Positions 18,300 to 27,775 of a stretch of DNA of 48,336 bases are shown one piece after another. A program made the translations under genes and the position numbers. The stretch spans positions 1 through 48,336 of the forward strand of contig JBMFIG010000010.1 in NCBI GenBank assembly GCA_049976425.1, in the 5' to 3' direction. Position 1 is the stretch's first letter; every line of letters begins with the position of its first letter. The stretch is from Thermoproteus sp. GTDB taxonomy: Archaea > Thermoproteota > Thermoprotei > Thermoproteales > Thermoproteaceae. Below the pieces are notes generated by a model. That model saw only the letters and a list, made by a program, of their open reading frames with translations. It had not been told where the DNA came from and did not search any database.

Positions 18300-18919
18300 T
18301 CTTCCTCCTCCTCGCCCTCCTCCTCGAGCTCCTCGGCCTCCTCGCCGCCCTCCTCGACGTAGAGCACCCCTATCTCCTTAAGCTTGTCGTAGAGCTGCTG
18401 GACGGCCACCGCCACGTCCTTCTCGGACTTAGCGCCGGTGCACACTATCTTGCCGCTACCGAATATCAAGACGACGACTCTGGGATCCGTCATCCTGTAG
18501 ATCAAGCCGGGGAACTGCTCCGGCTCGTACATGGCGTTCTCCAACAACAACGCCGCCTGCTCGAGATCGACCTCGGCGTTTAGGCTGCCCGAGGCCACTA
18601 TGTTCTGCACTTGGACCTCGGGGTTAAGCGGCACGTTGGCCCCGTGGTCGTTCAAGAGCTTCACCAAGGCGTGGACGGCGTTCTTCAGATCGTTCTCGTT
18701 CTTGGCGCCGGTACACACCATCTTGCCCGTCCTGAAAATCAAAGCGGAGATCCTCGGCTTGGTCAGCCTCAAGATAAGGCCGGGGAACTGGTCTGGGTTG
18801 TACTCGGCCACGGGTAGCTTCTCCGCCAGCTGCTCCAGGTCGAGCTCGACGCCGAGATTGACCGTCGCCACTATGTTCTCTATCTTATGAGTAGGGCCCT
18901 GCCTTTTAGAAGATTCCAT
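18296..18919 (-). CDS. tbp: TATA-box binding protein
   Basis: Two repeats of 'NIVA...Y.P(D/E)QFPGLI.R...IF..GK.VCTGAK' and an acidic C-terminal tail. Confidence 0.98.
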   Translation of the reverse strand: MESSKRQGPTHKIENIVATVNLGVELDLEQLAEKLPVAEYNPDQFPGLILRLTKPRISALIFRTGKMVCTGAKNENDLKNAVHALVKLLNDHGANVPLNPEVQVQNIVASGSLNAEVDLEQAALLLENAMYEPEQFPGLIYRMTDPRVVVLIFGSGKIVCTGAKSEKDVAVAVQQLYDKLKEIGVLYVEEGGEEAEELEEEGEEEEE

Positions 18920-19020
18920 ACCCACTTTTTAAACTCTATTTAAATACATAGGCTTTAAAACTTCCGCCTCTTCCTCGGCACGGCGCGTATACGCGCCGAC
19001 GCCAGCGCCTGGCGGGTTTT

Positions 19021-19038
19021 GCGCAAAGCTTTATATAA
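19021..19038 (+). promoter_or_regulatory. BRE-TATA promoter of rps25e
   Basis: GCGCAAAGCTTTATATAA about 20-25 nt before the start; nearly identical to the rps26e promoter (28375-28391). Confidence 0.7.
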
Positions 19039-19056
19039 TCCCGCGTACCGTGGCCA

Positions 19057-19395
19057 GTGGGCGGGAAGAAAAGGCCTACCTTAAGCCAGCTCGCCAAGAA
19101 GGCCGAGAAGACCCAACAACAGCAACAACAAGCCCAAGCCAAGGCCAAGAAGAAGGAGGAGGCGGGGCCTAAGAGGCCGGCGCAGTCGGCTTTCGACAAG
19201 TTGCTTGAGGCCCTCTCGAAGGATATACAGTCGATGCCCGTCGTGACGGTCTACGAGGTGGCCAGCAAGTACGGGGTCAAGATGACCGTGGCCCGGAAGG
19301 CCCTCAGAGCCCTTAAAGACAAAGGCGACCTCGTGCTGGTCGTCAAGGGCCACAGGACGGAGGCCTACATCCCGGCGCGCCGCGCGGCGAGCTAA
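19057..19395 (+). CDS. rps25e: 30S ribosomal protein S25e
   Basis: 'MGGKKRPTLSQ' N-terminus and wHTH 'VVTVYEVASKYGVKMTVARKALRAL'; contains a short polyQ tract. Confidence 0.92.
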   Translation: MGGKKRPTLSQLAKKAEKTQQQQQQAQAKAKKKEEAGPKRPAQSAFDKLLEALSKDIQSMPVVTVYEVASKYGVKMTVARKALRALKDKGDLVLVVKGHRTEAYIPARRAAS

Positions 19396-20102
19396 AGCTT
19401 AGTCTCCCTTTTCAACTCTACCCTCTTCTTAAGATTGACCACGCCCAGTTCGTGTAGCTCCACTATGTCGTAGGACCTCAAGATGTTCAGCACTTTCTTC
19501 AACGTATCGGGATCGGCCTTGGTAGCCCTCCTGAGGTCTTCGAAGAACCTCAGAAGGCCGACGCTGGGGTAGTTGGATAGGTATAGCAGAACCGCCTCGA
19601 GAAGGCGCCTCGCCTCCCGCGCGTCGAGGCCCAGGACGTCCGAGGCCGTCTCCGCCAGGTAGGCGAGGTCGATCTTGCCCCCGGCCGGGCCGGCCCCCGC
19701 CGCGGGCTCGCTCCGGCCCTCCGACGGGCCCGCCTCGGCCTTTTCGGCCTTCTCCCTCTCCTCCTTCGCCGGCTCCTTCCTCTCTGCCTGGACTGCGGGC
19801 TTGGGCCGGCTCTCTGCGGTCGGCTCCTTCTTAGCCTCCCGGGGCTGTCTGGGCTTCTCGGCGGGCTTCGGCCTAGGCGCCTCTTGTCGGGCCCTCCCTC
19901 CGGCGAGGTCCAGCAAGCTCAGCTGGCCTTTCCGCTCCCTCTTCGCCTCCTGCCTCGTCTGGCCTTGGTAGAGCCTTAGGCTGAGCGGCCCTATGGCTAT
20001 CTCGGGGCCGTCCGCCTCACAACCTTGTTTGGCGCAGAGTATCGAGGCGGCGAGGACGCCTAAAAGCTCACTGTTCTTTAAGTCCGCTTTCTTGCTCAAC
20101 AT
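19392..20102 (-). CDS. Hypothetical protein: short N-domain, charged Pro/Lys/Glu linker, C-terminal winged-helix-like domain
   Basis: ATG at 20102; low-complexity middle region; C-terminus 'LKKVLNILRSYDIVELHELGVVNL' is wH-like. Confidence 0.7.
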   Translation of the reverse strand: MLSKKADLKNSELLGVLAASILCAKQGCEADGPEIAIGPLSLRLYQGQTRQEAKRERKGQLSLLDLAGGRARQEAPRPKPAEKPRQPREAKKEPTAESRPKPAVQAERKEPAKEEREKAEKAEAGPSEGRSEPAAGAGPAGGKIDLAYLAETASDVLGLDAREARRLLEAVLLYLSNYPSVGLLRFFEDLRRATKADPDTLKKVLNILRSYDIVELHELGVVNLKKRVELKRETKL

Positions 20103-20307
20103 TGAGGCGCCAGTAGGCTATTTTCCCGCGCCGCACCTCCTTTATGGATCCCTCCTTCTCCAACATCTTCAACACGTAGAAGATCTGGCTGTGGCTCATG
20201 CCGGTGAGCCTCATTATGGCGCTGGTGGTGAGCTCCCCGTGCTTCTTCAGCAGTTCCAGTATCTGGTCCTTCCTCTGGAGGACCTTGTCCGTCTGGCGGC
20301 GGGGCAT
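20068..20307 (-). CDS. Small winged helix-turn-helix DNA-binding protein
   Basis: 'ILELLKKHGELTTSAIMRLTGMSHSQIFYVLKMLEKEGSI' is a classic wHTH pattern. Confidence 0.85.
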   Translation of the reverse strand: MPRRQTDKVLQRKDQILELLKKHGELTTSAIMRLTGMSHSQIFYVLKMLEKEGSIKEVRRGKIAYWRLNVEQESGLKEQ

Positions 20308-20364
20308 ATAACGAGAGGCGCACGGGTTTTTAATCTTGGGGACTATAAAAAAGGTATTACCAGC

Positions 20365-21414
20365 CTATTCGAAGAGTTTTACCATCTTCCTATTCTTGAG
20401 ATATGTCGCGTAGTCTATGTATATCTTGTCGGCTATCATGTCGTCCACCTTGGGGACGTCGGCCTTCTGCCTTTCCAGAACGACGTCGGTCACGTTTAGG
20501 ACGAACGCGTTGGAGCCGGCGCCCGAGCCGAAGGTCACCAACAAGATCTTGTCGCCCGGCTTCGCTTGCTCCAGGACTCTGGCTAGGCCCATCAAGGCAG
20601 ACGCGTTGTAGGTGTTGCCTATGTGGGTCACCACTATCCCCGGCTTGACCTTCTCGGGCGGGAAGCCCAACATGGAGGCCGCGCGCATGGGGAACCTCCC
20701 GTTGGGCTGGTGGAATATGGCGTAGGCGAAGTCGGACACCTTGTAGCCGTACTTCTCCATTACGCCCTTGGCGGCGCCGAGTACGTGTCTGAAATAGGCC
20801 GGCTCTCCCGTGAAGCCCTCCCCGTGCATGGGGTACGGAGAGCCCTCCCTGCGCCAGAAGTCGGGCGTGTCGGAGTTGTAGGTGTACATAGCCTCGAACT
20901 CGGCCGCCACGCCGTCCTTACCTATGACGTAGGCGACCCCGCCGCTGCTGGCCGAGTAGTCCAGGTGCTCCCCCGGCTCGCCTTGGGACGTGTCCGTGCC
21001 TACGGCGAGCCCGTACTCCACCCTGCCCGAATCAACGAGGCCGGCTATGGCGACTATCCCGTCGGAGGCCGCCTTACAGGCGAACTCCATGTCTACAGTG
21101 AACACGTTGTTCGTGAGGCCGAGGGCGTCGATCAAGATAGACGATATGGGCTTCACGGCGTACGGCTTGGACTCGGTGCCGGAGTACACAGCCCCTATCT
21201 TCTTGGGGTCGACGTTGCCTCTCCTGAGAGCTCTCCTGGCGGCTTCCGTGGCTATGGTCACCGCGTCTTCGTCGTATCCCTCCACGCTCTTCTCGTAGAC
21301 CAGATAGAGATCCACTATCCTGGCAGGATCGTCGCCCCAAGTAGCGGCGATGTCCTCGGTCCTTATCCTGTATTTGGGTATGTAGGCTCCCCAGGAGACT
21401 ATGCCGGTCCTCAT
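20365..21414 (-). CDS. mvaS: Hydroxymethylglutaryl-CoA synthase (archaeal)
   Basis: 'DEDAVT', '[11 protein letters not shown]', 'EFACKA' (catalytic Cys), 'FHQPN', 'GNTY' and 'FGSGAGS'. Confidence 0.95.
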   Translation of the reverse strand: MRTGIVSWGAYIPKYRIRTEDIAATWGDDPARIVDLYLVYEKSVEGYDEDAVTIATEAARRALRRGNVDPKKIGAVYSGTESKPYAVKPISSILIDALGLTNNVFTVDMEFACKAASDGIVAIAGLVDSGRVEYGLAVGTDTSQGEPGEHLDYSASSGGVAYVIGKDGVAAEFEAMYTYNSDTPDFWRREGSPYPMHGEGFTGEPAYFRHVLGAAKGVMEKYGYKVSDFAYAIFHQPNGRFPMRAASMLGFPPEKVKPGIVVTHIGNTYNASALMGLARVLEQAKPGDKILLVTFGSGAGSNAFVLNVTDVVLERQKADVPKVDDMIADKIYIDYATYLKNRKMVKLFE

Positions 21415-21809
21415 GGCCTAGGCCTGAACTTGTACCCGTACATCACGAGCCCGTATTTCCCGTCCACGACCACGCGTCTGAAGACCACCTCCATCTTCTG
21501 GCCTGCCTTCAGCTTCTCCGGCGCCGCGTCGACTATCTGGCCGAGCACCTTGACGGGGCCCAGCTTCACGAGGCCTATCACCAACGGCTTCTGTTTGAGG
21601 AAGTCTGTGGGGACCGACCTCAACACTGTGAACTCCACCAGCTCCCCCTCGTGGGGTAGTTGAAAGTCCTCAAGCTCCGCCGACCCGCATCTGGGGCATT
21701 TGACCGCCGGCGGGTAGTAGACCTCGCCGCATTTCCTACACCGTTTGGCCACGAGGCGGTAATAGCTAGGTATGTTGCGCCAGTATAGGGGAACCGACTC
21801 GTGTTCCAT
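21411..21809 (-). CDS. DUF35 Zn-ribbon/OB-fold scaffold of the thiolase-HMGS complex
   Basis: CxxC...CxxC plus OB fold ending 'YGYKFRP'; lies between the thiolase and HMGS genes. Confidence 0.93.
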   Translation of the reverse strand: MEHESVPLYWRNIPSYYRLVAKRCRKCGEVYYPPAVKCPRCGSAELEDFQLPHEGELVEFTVLRSVPTDFLKQKPLVIGLVKLGPVKVLGQIVDAAPEKLKAGQKMEVVFRRVVVDGKYGLVMYGYKFRPRP

Positions 21810-21841
21810 AGGGCCTAGCTCATACTCGTTAATATCTTTTG

Positions 21842-22954
21842 CTATAACCCCAGAACGACAACGGTCGAAGTCCTATCGACGCCGCCCATGGAGTGTACCA
21901 CGCCTATAGAGCCGTCGACTCTCTTGAAGGGCCCTCTGCCGATGAGTTGCCAGACCACCTCCACGGCTTGGTAGACGCCGGTGGCTCCCATGACGTTCCC
22001 TCTGCTCTTCAGGCCGCCGCTGAGGTTGGCCTTAATCTCGGCGCCCGATTTCAACGCGGCGAGGAGCCCGCCGCGCTGGGCCAGGCCGAGCGCCTCGACC
22101 GCGAGGACGCCCAATATGGAATAGGAGTCGTGGACCTCGGCGGTCGCCACGTCGCGCGGCGTCACGCCGGCCATCCTGTAGGCCCTTTCGGCGGCCTCTC
22201 TGGCGGAGTACAGCACGTCGTACTCCTGCCTTGCGTTGAAGGGCACGGCGTTGGTGGAGCTCCACATGCCCAACACCTTCGCCACGCCCTTTCTGCTACA
22301 CAGAACGGCCGCCGCGGCGCCGTCCGCCATAGGCCCCACGTCGTACAGCCTCAGAGGATCGCTGACCAGCTCGCTGTCGAGGACGTCCTCTACCTTCGCC
22401 TGCTTCCTTATATAGGCGTAGGGGTTCGAGGCGCCGTATTTGTGCATGAGGACGGGCCAGAGGGCTAGGTCCTCGTACTTGTACTCGTACTTGGACAGAT
22501 ACATCTTGGCCATAAGCGCGGCCTGCGCCGCCGGGGTCACGCCGAAATACCGCTCGTAGACGCTGTCTGTGGCGGTCGAGTATATATCTTGTTGCTGGTT
22601 CGAAAGGACGTCGTTGGGCTTGTCGACGCCGACCACGGCTACGCAGTTGTATAGGCCCGATCTAACCGCCATGGCGGCCGCCATGAGGGCCGAGCCGCCG
22701 GAGCCGTCGGCGTTCTCGATCCTGTACGTGGCTATCTTGTCGAGGCCCAGCCGCGAGGCTATGTAGGCCCCCAACATCTGTTGTTTATCCGCCTGCTCGG
22801 CAGTCGCCGACGCCACGAAGAGGGCGTCCAGCTCCGGATAGCCGGCGTCTTTCAGAGCCTCGTCGAGGACCCTCGCAGCCATCTCGTCGATGTTCAGGTT
22901 GTAGTGGCGGCCTGTCTGCATCATGGCCGTGCCGTTTACCCATACGTCTTGCAT
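21842..22954 (-). CDS. Thiolase-family protein (archaeal acetoacetyl-CoA thiolase position) with substituted catalytic residues
   Basis: 'DGAAA', 'AEVHDSY' and 'NLSGGLKSRG' thiolase motifs, but ENADGSG replaces E.ACASG and GNV replaces GHP. Confidence 0.85.
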   Translation of the reverse strand: MQDVWVNGTAMMQTGRHYNLNIDEMAARVLDEALKDAGYPELDALFVASATAEQADKQQMLGAYIASRLGLDKIATYRIENADGSGGSALMAAAMAVRSGLYNCVAVVGVDKPNDVLSNQQQDIYSTATDSVYERYFGVTPAAQAALMAKMYLSKYEYKYEDLALWPVLMHKYGASNPYAYIRKQAKVEDVLDSELVSDPLRLYDVGPMADGAAAAVLCSRKGVAKVLGMWSSTNAVPFNARQEYDVLYSAREAAERAYRMAGVTPRDVATAEVHDSYSILGVLAVEALGLAQRGGLLAALKSGAEIKANLSGGLKSRGNVMGATGVYQAVEVVWQLIGRGPFKRVDGSIGVVHSMGGVDRTSTVVVLGL

Positions 22955-22989
22955 CGAAAACTTGATAAGACAACGTATTAAAAAGTTGA

Positions 22990-24207
22990 GTGGAGGAAAT
23001 AATCGAGGCCCTAGATAGCGGGAAGCTGAAGCTACACGAGCTCGACAAGGAGCTGGGCGACTCCAACAAGGCGGCTGAGTACAGGAGGAGGTTCTTGGAG
23101 AGGAAGCTGGGCGTGAGGCTGGAGGCCATAGGGTCCACCGTGATAGACTTCAACAAGGCGGTGGGCAGGAACATCGAGAACCCCATAGGCGCCGCCCAGA
23201 TACCGATAGGCGTAGCCGGGCCTCTGTTGGTCGAGGGGGAGTACGCGAGAGGCATGTTCTACATACCGCTGGCCACTACCGAGGGCGCCCTCGTGGCTTC
23301 GGTAAACAGAGGCGCTAAGATAATTACGGAGTCCGGCGGAGCTAGGGCGAGGGTCGTCAGAGACGGCATGGCGAGGGCGCCCCTCTTCAAGCTACCGTCC
23401 TTGACAGACGCCGTGGATTTCGTCAAGTGGGTCGAGGCCCATAGGGAGGAGATAAAGAGGGCCGCGGAGTCCACCACTAGACACGGGAAGCTGAAGGAGA
23501 TACAGCCCTTCATAGTGGGGAACAACGTCTGGCTCAGGTTCGTGTTCGAGACCGGCGACGCCATGGGGATGAACATGGCCACCATAGCGTCGGAGGCGGC
23601 CGCCAAATACATAGAGGCGGGCTACCCCAAGGCCGAGCTGGTCGCGTTGAGCGGGAACATGTGCGTCGACAAGAAGCCCAACGCCGTCAATTTCCTGATG
23701 GGGAGGGGCAAGACGGTCATAGCCGAGGCGTTGATAAAGAGGGAGGCGCTGTCGAGGCTCGGGGTGACGCCTGAGGCCGTACACGAGGTCAACGTGAGGA
23801 AGAACCTCCTCGGCTCTGCCCTCGCCCATTCCTACGGCTTCAACGCACATTTCGCCAACATAATAACGGCGATATTCATCGCGACGGGGCAAGACGTGGC
23901 GCAGATCGTCGAGTCGAGCATGGGCATCACCTGGACAGAGCCGCGGGAGGAGGGGCTCTACATATCGGTGACTCTCCCCAGCCTCGAGGTCGGCACCGTG
24001 GGCGGCGGCACGGGGCTCCCGACGCAACGGGAGGCCCTCTCCATGTTGGGGGTCGCGGGATCGGGCGACCCGCCCGGCGTTAACGCGCTTAAGTTCGCCG
24101 AGATAGTGGCGTCGGCGGTCCTCGCCGGGGAGTTGAACCTAATACTTGCGCTGGCTAGAAACGAGCTCGCCAGAGCCCACCAGGCGTTGGGCCGTTCTAA
24201 GCAATAA
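22990..24207 (+). CDS. hmgA: HMG-CoA reductase (class I, NADPH)
   Basis: 'ENPIG', 'TTEGALVAS', 'GDAMGMN', 'DKK', 'GQDVAQ', 'GTVGGGT' and a C-terminal His. Confidence 0.97.
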   Translation: MEEIIEALDSGKLKLHELDKELGDSNKAAEYRRRFLERKLGVRLEAIGSTVIDFNKAVGRNIENPIGAAQIPIGVAGPLLVEGEYARGMFYIPLATTEGALVASVNRGAKIITESGGARARVVRDGMARAPLFKLPSLTDAVDFVKWVEAHREEIKRAAESTTRHGKLKEIQPFIVGNNVWLRFVFETGDAMGMNMATIASEAAAKYIEAGYPKAELVALSGNMCVDKKPNAVNFLMGRGKTVIAEALIKREALSRLGVTPEAVHEVNVRKNLLGSALAHSYGFNAHFANIITAIFIATGQDVAQIVESSMGITWTEPREEGLYISVTLPSLEVGTVGGGTGLPTQREALSMLGVAGSGDPPGVNALKFAEIVASAVLAGELNLILALARNELARAHQALGRSKQ

Positions 24208-24562
24208 CTTGAGCTATTTTGTGAGAAAACTGCCTTATTTTCGGAATGACATTCTCTATGTGCCAAAGCGGATTTATAAAGACGATCAGCCAGCCCTTCT
24301 TGTTGGGCAACTCGAATATACCGACTTTATAGTTCATATACTTCACCATGACGTACTGGAAATCGCCGAGGCTCTCGTCTTGGTTCTGCCTGATTATGTT
24401 GACAAGCTCGATGAGGTTTGAGACTTGTCTAAGCGTCTTCGCGGTCAACGTATTCGGCAAATGATGTATTACCGGGACGCCTCGCGAGTCCAATATCGTG
24501 ACGCCCTGTATCACCTCGCCAATAACCTCTGTAAGGAGGATCTTCTTGAGGTCTGTCGACAT
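24197..24562 (-). CDS. Roadblock/LC7 (profilin-like fold) protein, putative
   Basis: 121 aa from MSTDL; '[14 protein letters not shown]', a helix, '[11 protein letters not shown]...KVGIF' and a C-terminal helix fit Roadblock topology. Confidence 0.6.
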   Translation of the reverse strand: MSTDLKKILLTEVIGEVIQGVTILDSRGVPVIHHLPNTLTAKTLRQVSNLIELVNIIRQNQDESLGDFQYVMVKYMNYKVGIFELPNKKGWLIVFINPLWHIENVIPKIRQFSHKIAQVIA

Positions 24563-24722
24563 TGTTGTCTTCGTCTCGTTCTTATGCGGCGAAACGTAAA
24601 TGACCATTATTGTTCTCTACGCGGCTCTTTATTAACTTTTCCTTCCAGCGGCGGCCCCGGACGTTGCGGGAGATATTACGCGGTCTGGCACACGCTTTTA
24701 AATAACGCAGGGCCTTAAATCC

Positions 24723-27308
24723 GTGGCTTTTGAGGAAGAGGAGTTCCTGGAGGAGGGCGAGGAGATCCGGGAATTCGAGGGGGAGGAGGTAGCCGAGTTT
24801 AAGATAAAGGGCGCTGTATCGACCTCCATACCGCCGTCGATTGTCCTCTCGGTCACCTACGACGGGGCGGAGGGCAAGGCCTTGGTGAAGCTCTACGACC
24901 CGGCGGGGGATCTGGTCTACTACTGGTACGACAACACGGGGCATAGGCCGTATCTCGTGACCGATCTCCCTCCCGAGGTAATCGCCGAGAAGTTCTCCGA
25001 CGTGTTGAGGCATCCGGGCTTCAGCCACATGGAGGCGGTGGAGAAGTACGACGCTCTCTCCGATAGGAAGATCGTGATGACCAAGGTATACGCCAAGGAT
25101 CCCCTATCCATAGGCGGGAGTAGGAAGTCTATCAGAGACATATTGCCCAAGACTTGGGAGTCCAGGATAAAGTACCACCACAGCTATCTGTTCGACAGAG
25201 GGATCATACCGGGCATGTGGTACCGCAGCGAGGGCAACGGCCTGATTCCCGTGGAGGTGGAGATACCGCCGGAGGTGGCCAAGAGCCTCTCCAGCGTCTT
25301 CTCCTCGGACGACGAGAGGGCCGAGGCGGCCAACTGGATACCGCTCTTCCAGGCCCCCATACCCCACATAAAGAGGGTGGCCATAGACATCGAGGTGTTC
25401 ACGCCGCAGGAGAACAAGGTCCCCAACCCCAGAGAGGCGGAGTACGAGATAGTCTCTGTGGCTCTCGTCGGCAGCGACGGCTTGCGCAGAGTCCTCCTCT
25501 TGAGGAGGCCCGGCGTCGACGTCGACTTGAAGGCGCTCTCTGACGCAGAGTTCGACGTGATGTTCTTCGACAACGAATACGACCTAGTCGCCGAGGTGTT
25601 CAAGACCATCGTCCAGTACCCCCTCGTGGTGACGTTCAACGGCGACAACTTCGACATGCCCTATCTCTACAACAGAGCGCTCGCCCTCGGCTTCAAGAGA
25701 GAGGAGATACCTGTGGTGGCCAGGAGGGACTACGTCACCGTGGCCCCCGGCATCCACATAGACCTCTACAAGTTCTTCGCGATAAAGGCGGTCGAGGTCT
25801 ACGCCTTCGGCGGCGTCTATAGAGGCGAGAGGGGCCTAGACGCCATAGCGTCGGCCATACTCGGCGTCGGCAAGGTCGAGAGGCAGGGAGTCGTGTCCTC
25901 CATGCCCCTCGACGAGCTCGCCGAGTACAACTTCCGCGACGCCTTCATAACCCTCTACTTCACCCTATACAACGACGAGTTGGTCATGAAGCTCATGTTG
26001 CTCTTGTCGAGGATAGCGAAGATGCCTCTCGAGGACTTGACTAGGTCCCAGGTATCGGCCTGGATCAGGAACATGCTGTACTACGAGCACAGGAGGAGGG
26101 GCTGGCTGATACCCAACAAGGAGGATATAATAAAGTCGAGAGGCGAGGCGTACACCAAGGCGATAATCAAGGGCAAGAAATACGCGGGGGCCGTGGTCTT
26201 GGACCCGCCGGCGGGGGTCTTCTTCAACGTCTACGTGCTGGACTTCGCCTCGCTCTACCCCTCCGTTATAAGCAAGTGGAATCTGTCCTACGAGACCGTC
26301 AACTGCCAGAACAAGGAGGGGGCCGAGAAGCCCATCGCCGAGCTCCCTCACTGGATATGTAAAGGGAGGAGGGGCATAACCAGCTTGTTGGTGGGCATCT
26401 TGAGGGACTTGAGGGTCCACGTCTACAAACGGCTCGCGAAGAGCGCGCCGACGCCGCAAGAGAAGGCCCTCTACGACGTCGTCCAGAGCGCGATGAAGGT
26501 GTTCATAAACGCGTCCTACGGAGTCTTCGGCGCAGAGACGTTCCCGCTCTACTGCCCGCCAGTCGCCGAGCTGACGACTGCGTTGGCCAGATACGTCATG
26601 ACGAGCACTGTGTTGAGGGCCATAGAGCTGGGCATGGAGCCGATATACGGCGACACGGACAGCCTCTTCTTGTTGGGCGCCTCCGACGAGAGGATAAAGG
26701 GGCTTGTGGACTACGCCGCGCAGCTCGGCATAGACATAGACCTCGACAAGATATACAGGTTCGTGCTGTTCAGCGGGCGCAAGAAGAACTACTTGGGCGT
26801 CACGTCCGACGGCGGCGTCGTGATAAAGGGGCTGGTCGGCAAGAAGCGCAACGCCCCCGTCTTCGTCAAGGAGCTCATGGACGACATAGTGGAGAGGCTG
26901 AGGGCCATCAACACCCTCGACGACCTCTTCAAGGTGAGGGAGGAGGTGTCGGCCTTGGTCAAGGAGTACGAGTCCGAGCTACGCGAGAAGAGGATAACTC
27001 TGGACAAGCTCGCGATAAAGACTTCGCTGAATAAGGACCTGGATGAATATACAAAGAACAAGCCACAACACGTCAAGGCCGCTGAGCTCTTGAGCAAGGC
27101 GATGGGCGTCAGGCTCGGCAAAGGCGACGTGATAGCCTACGTGAAGACCAGAGACTCGCTAGGCGTCAAGCCGGTGCAGCTGGCCCGTATAGACGAGATA
27201 GACGACCGCAAATACGTGGAGTTCATGGCGACGACCGTGGAGCAGGTGCTGGAGGCGTTGGGCTTCACCATGGAGGAGCTGAGGGGCGTGGGGAAACTGG
27301 TCGGGTGA
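24723..27308 (+). CDS. polB1: DNA polymerase B1 (crenarchaeal replicative family B)
   Basis: ExoI DIE, ExoII FNGDNFD, ExoIII YNFRD, YAGA, DFASLYPS, KVFINASYG and YGDTDS; no intein. Confidence 0.97.
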   Translation: MAFEEEEFLEEGEEIREFEGEEVAEFKIKGAVSTSIPPSIVLSVTYDGAEGKALVKLYDPAGDLVYYWYDNTGHRPYLVTDLPPEVIAEKFSDVLRHPGFSHMEAVEKYDALSDRKIVMTKVYAKDPLSIGGSRKSIRDILPKTWESRIKYHHSYLFDRGIIPGMWYRSEGNGLIPVEVEIPPEVAKSLSSVFSSDDERAEAANWIPLFQAPIPHIKRVAIDIEVFTPQENKVPNPREAEYEIVSVALVGSDGLRRVLLLRRPGVDVDLKALSDAEFDVMFFDNEYDLVAEVFKTIVQYPLVVTFNGDNFDMPYLYNRALALGFKREEIPVVARRDYVTVAPGIHIDLYKFFAIKAVEVYAFGGVYRGERGLDAIASAILGVGKVERQGVVSSMPLDELAEYNFRDAFITLYFTLYNDELVMKLMLLLSRIAKMPLEDLTRSQVSAWIRNMLYYEHRRRGWLIPNKEDIIKSRGEAYTKAIIKGKKYAGAVVLDPPAGVFFNVYVLDFASLYPSVISKWNLSYETVNCQNKEGAEKPIAELPHWICKGRRGITSLLVGILRDLRVHVYKRLAKSAPTPQEKALYDVVQSAMKVFINASYGVFGAETFPLYCPPVAELTTALARYVMTSTVLRAIELGMEPIYGDTDSLFLLGASDERIKGLVDYAAQLGIDIDLDKIYRFVLFSGRKKNYLGVTSDGGVVIKGLVGKKRNAPVFVKELMDDIVERLRAINTLDDLFKVREEVSALVKEYESELREKRITLDKLAIKTSLNKDLDEYTKNKPQHVKAAELLSKAMGVRLGKGDVIAYVKTRDSLGVKPVQLARIDEIDDRKYVEFMATTVEQVLEALGFTMEELRGVGKLVG

Positions 27309-27323
27309 CGGGGGCCGTTTCGC

Positions 27324-27725
27324 CTATTCCTCCTCGGGGGCCGCAAACTCCTGCAACACCGAGCTGATTATCTGCTCGTCCGACGCGTCGTCTATATGGG
27401 GCGCGACGACCACCGCGTCGTCTATCCTCATGTTGTCGCCGGCCCACGTGCTGTTGTAAACTACCTCGAAGACGGGCACCGTGACCTCTATCTTGTCGCC
27501 GACCCTCTTCGGCGAGAACTCCCTTATTTTCTCCAGCAACTCTCTGGTTATCGGCGCTTGGTAGCTGAGGGTCACGAAATCCCTCAGTATTATGAAGTCG
27601 GAGAGGGCGGGGTTCCATCTGTCCAGCCATCGCGCACCCTCCTTCTTGACAGCCTCCATGATCTTCTCCTCCACGACCCTCTTCTCGACAACCTTGCCGT
27701 TGGATATCCTGGCCACCAAGCTCAT
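27324..27725 (-). CDS. Conserved crenarchaeal protein (DUF2286-like)
   Basis: 'RWNPALSDFIILRD' motif recalled from DUF2286; ATG at 27725. Confidence 0.65.
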   Translation of the reverse strand: MSLVARISNGKVVEKRVVEEKIMEAVKKEGARWLDRWNPALSDFIILRDFVTLSYQAPITRELLEKIREFSPKRVGDKIEVTVPVFEVVYNSTWAGDNMRIDDAVVVAPHIDDASDEQIISSVLQEFAAPEEE

Positions 27726-27775
27726 AGTAGGCCGAACCGGGGGCGTTAAAAATGCTTCCCCCGCGGCGGGCGCCC

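Noticed and set aside
19114-19140. CAA/CAG microsatellite in rps25e
   Set aside because: A short in-frame polyQ in a flexible linker with no sign of phase variation.
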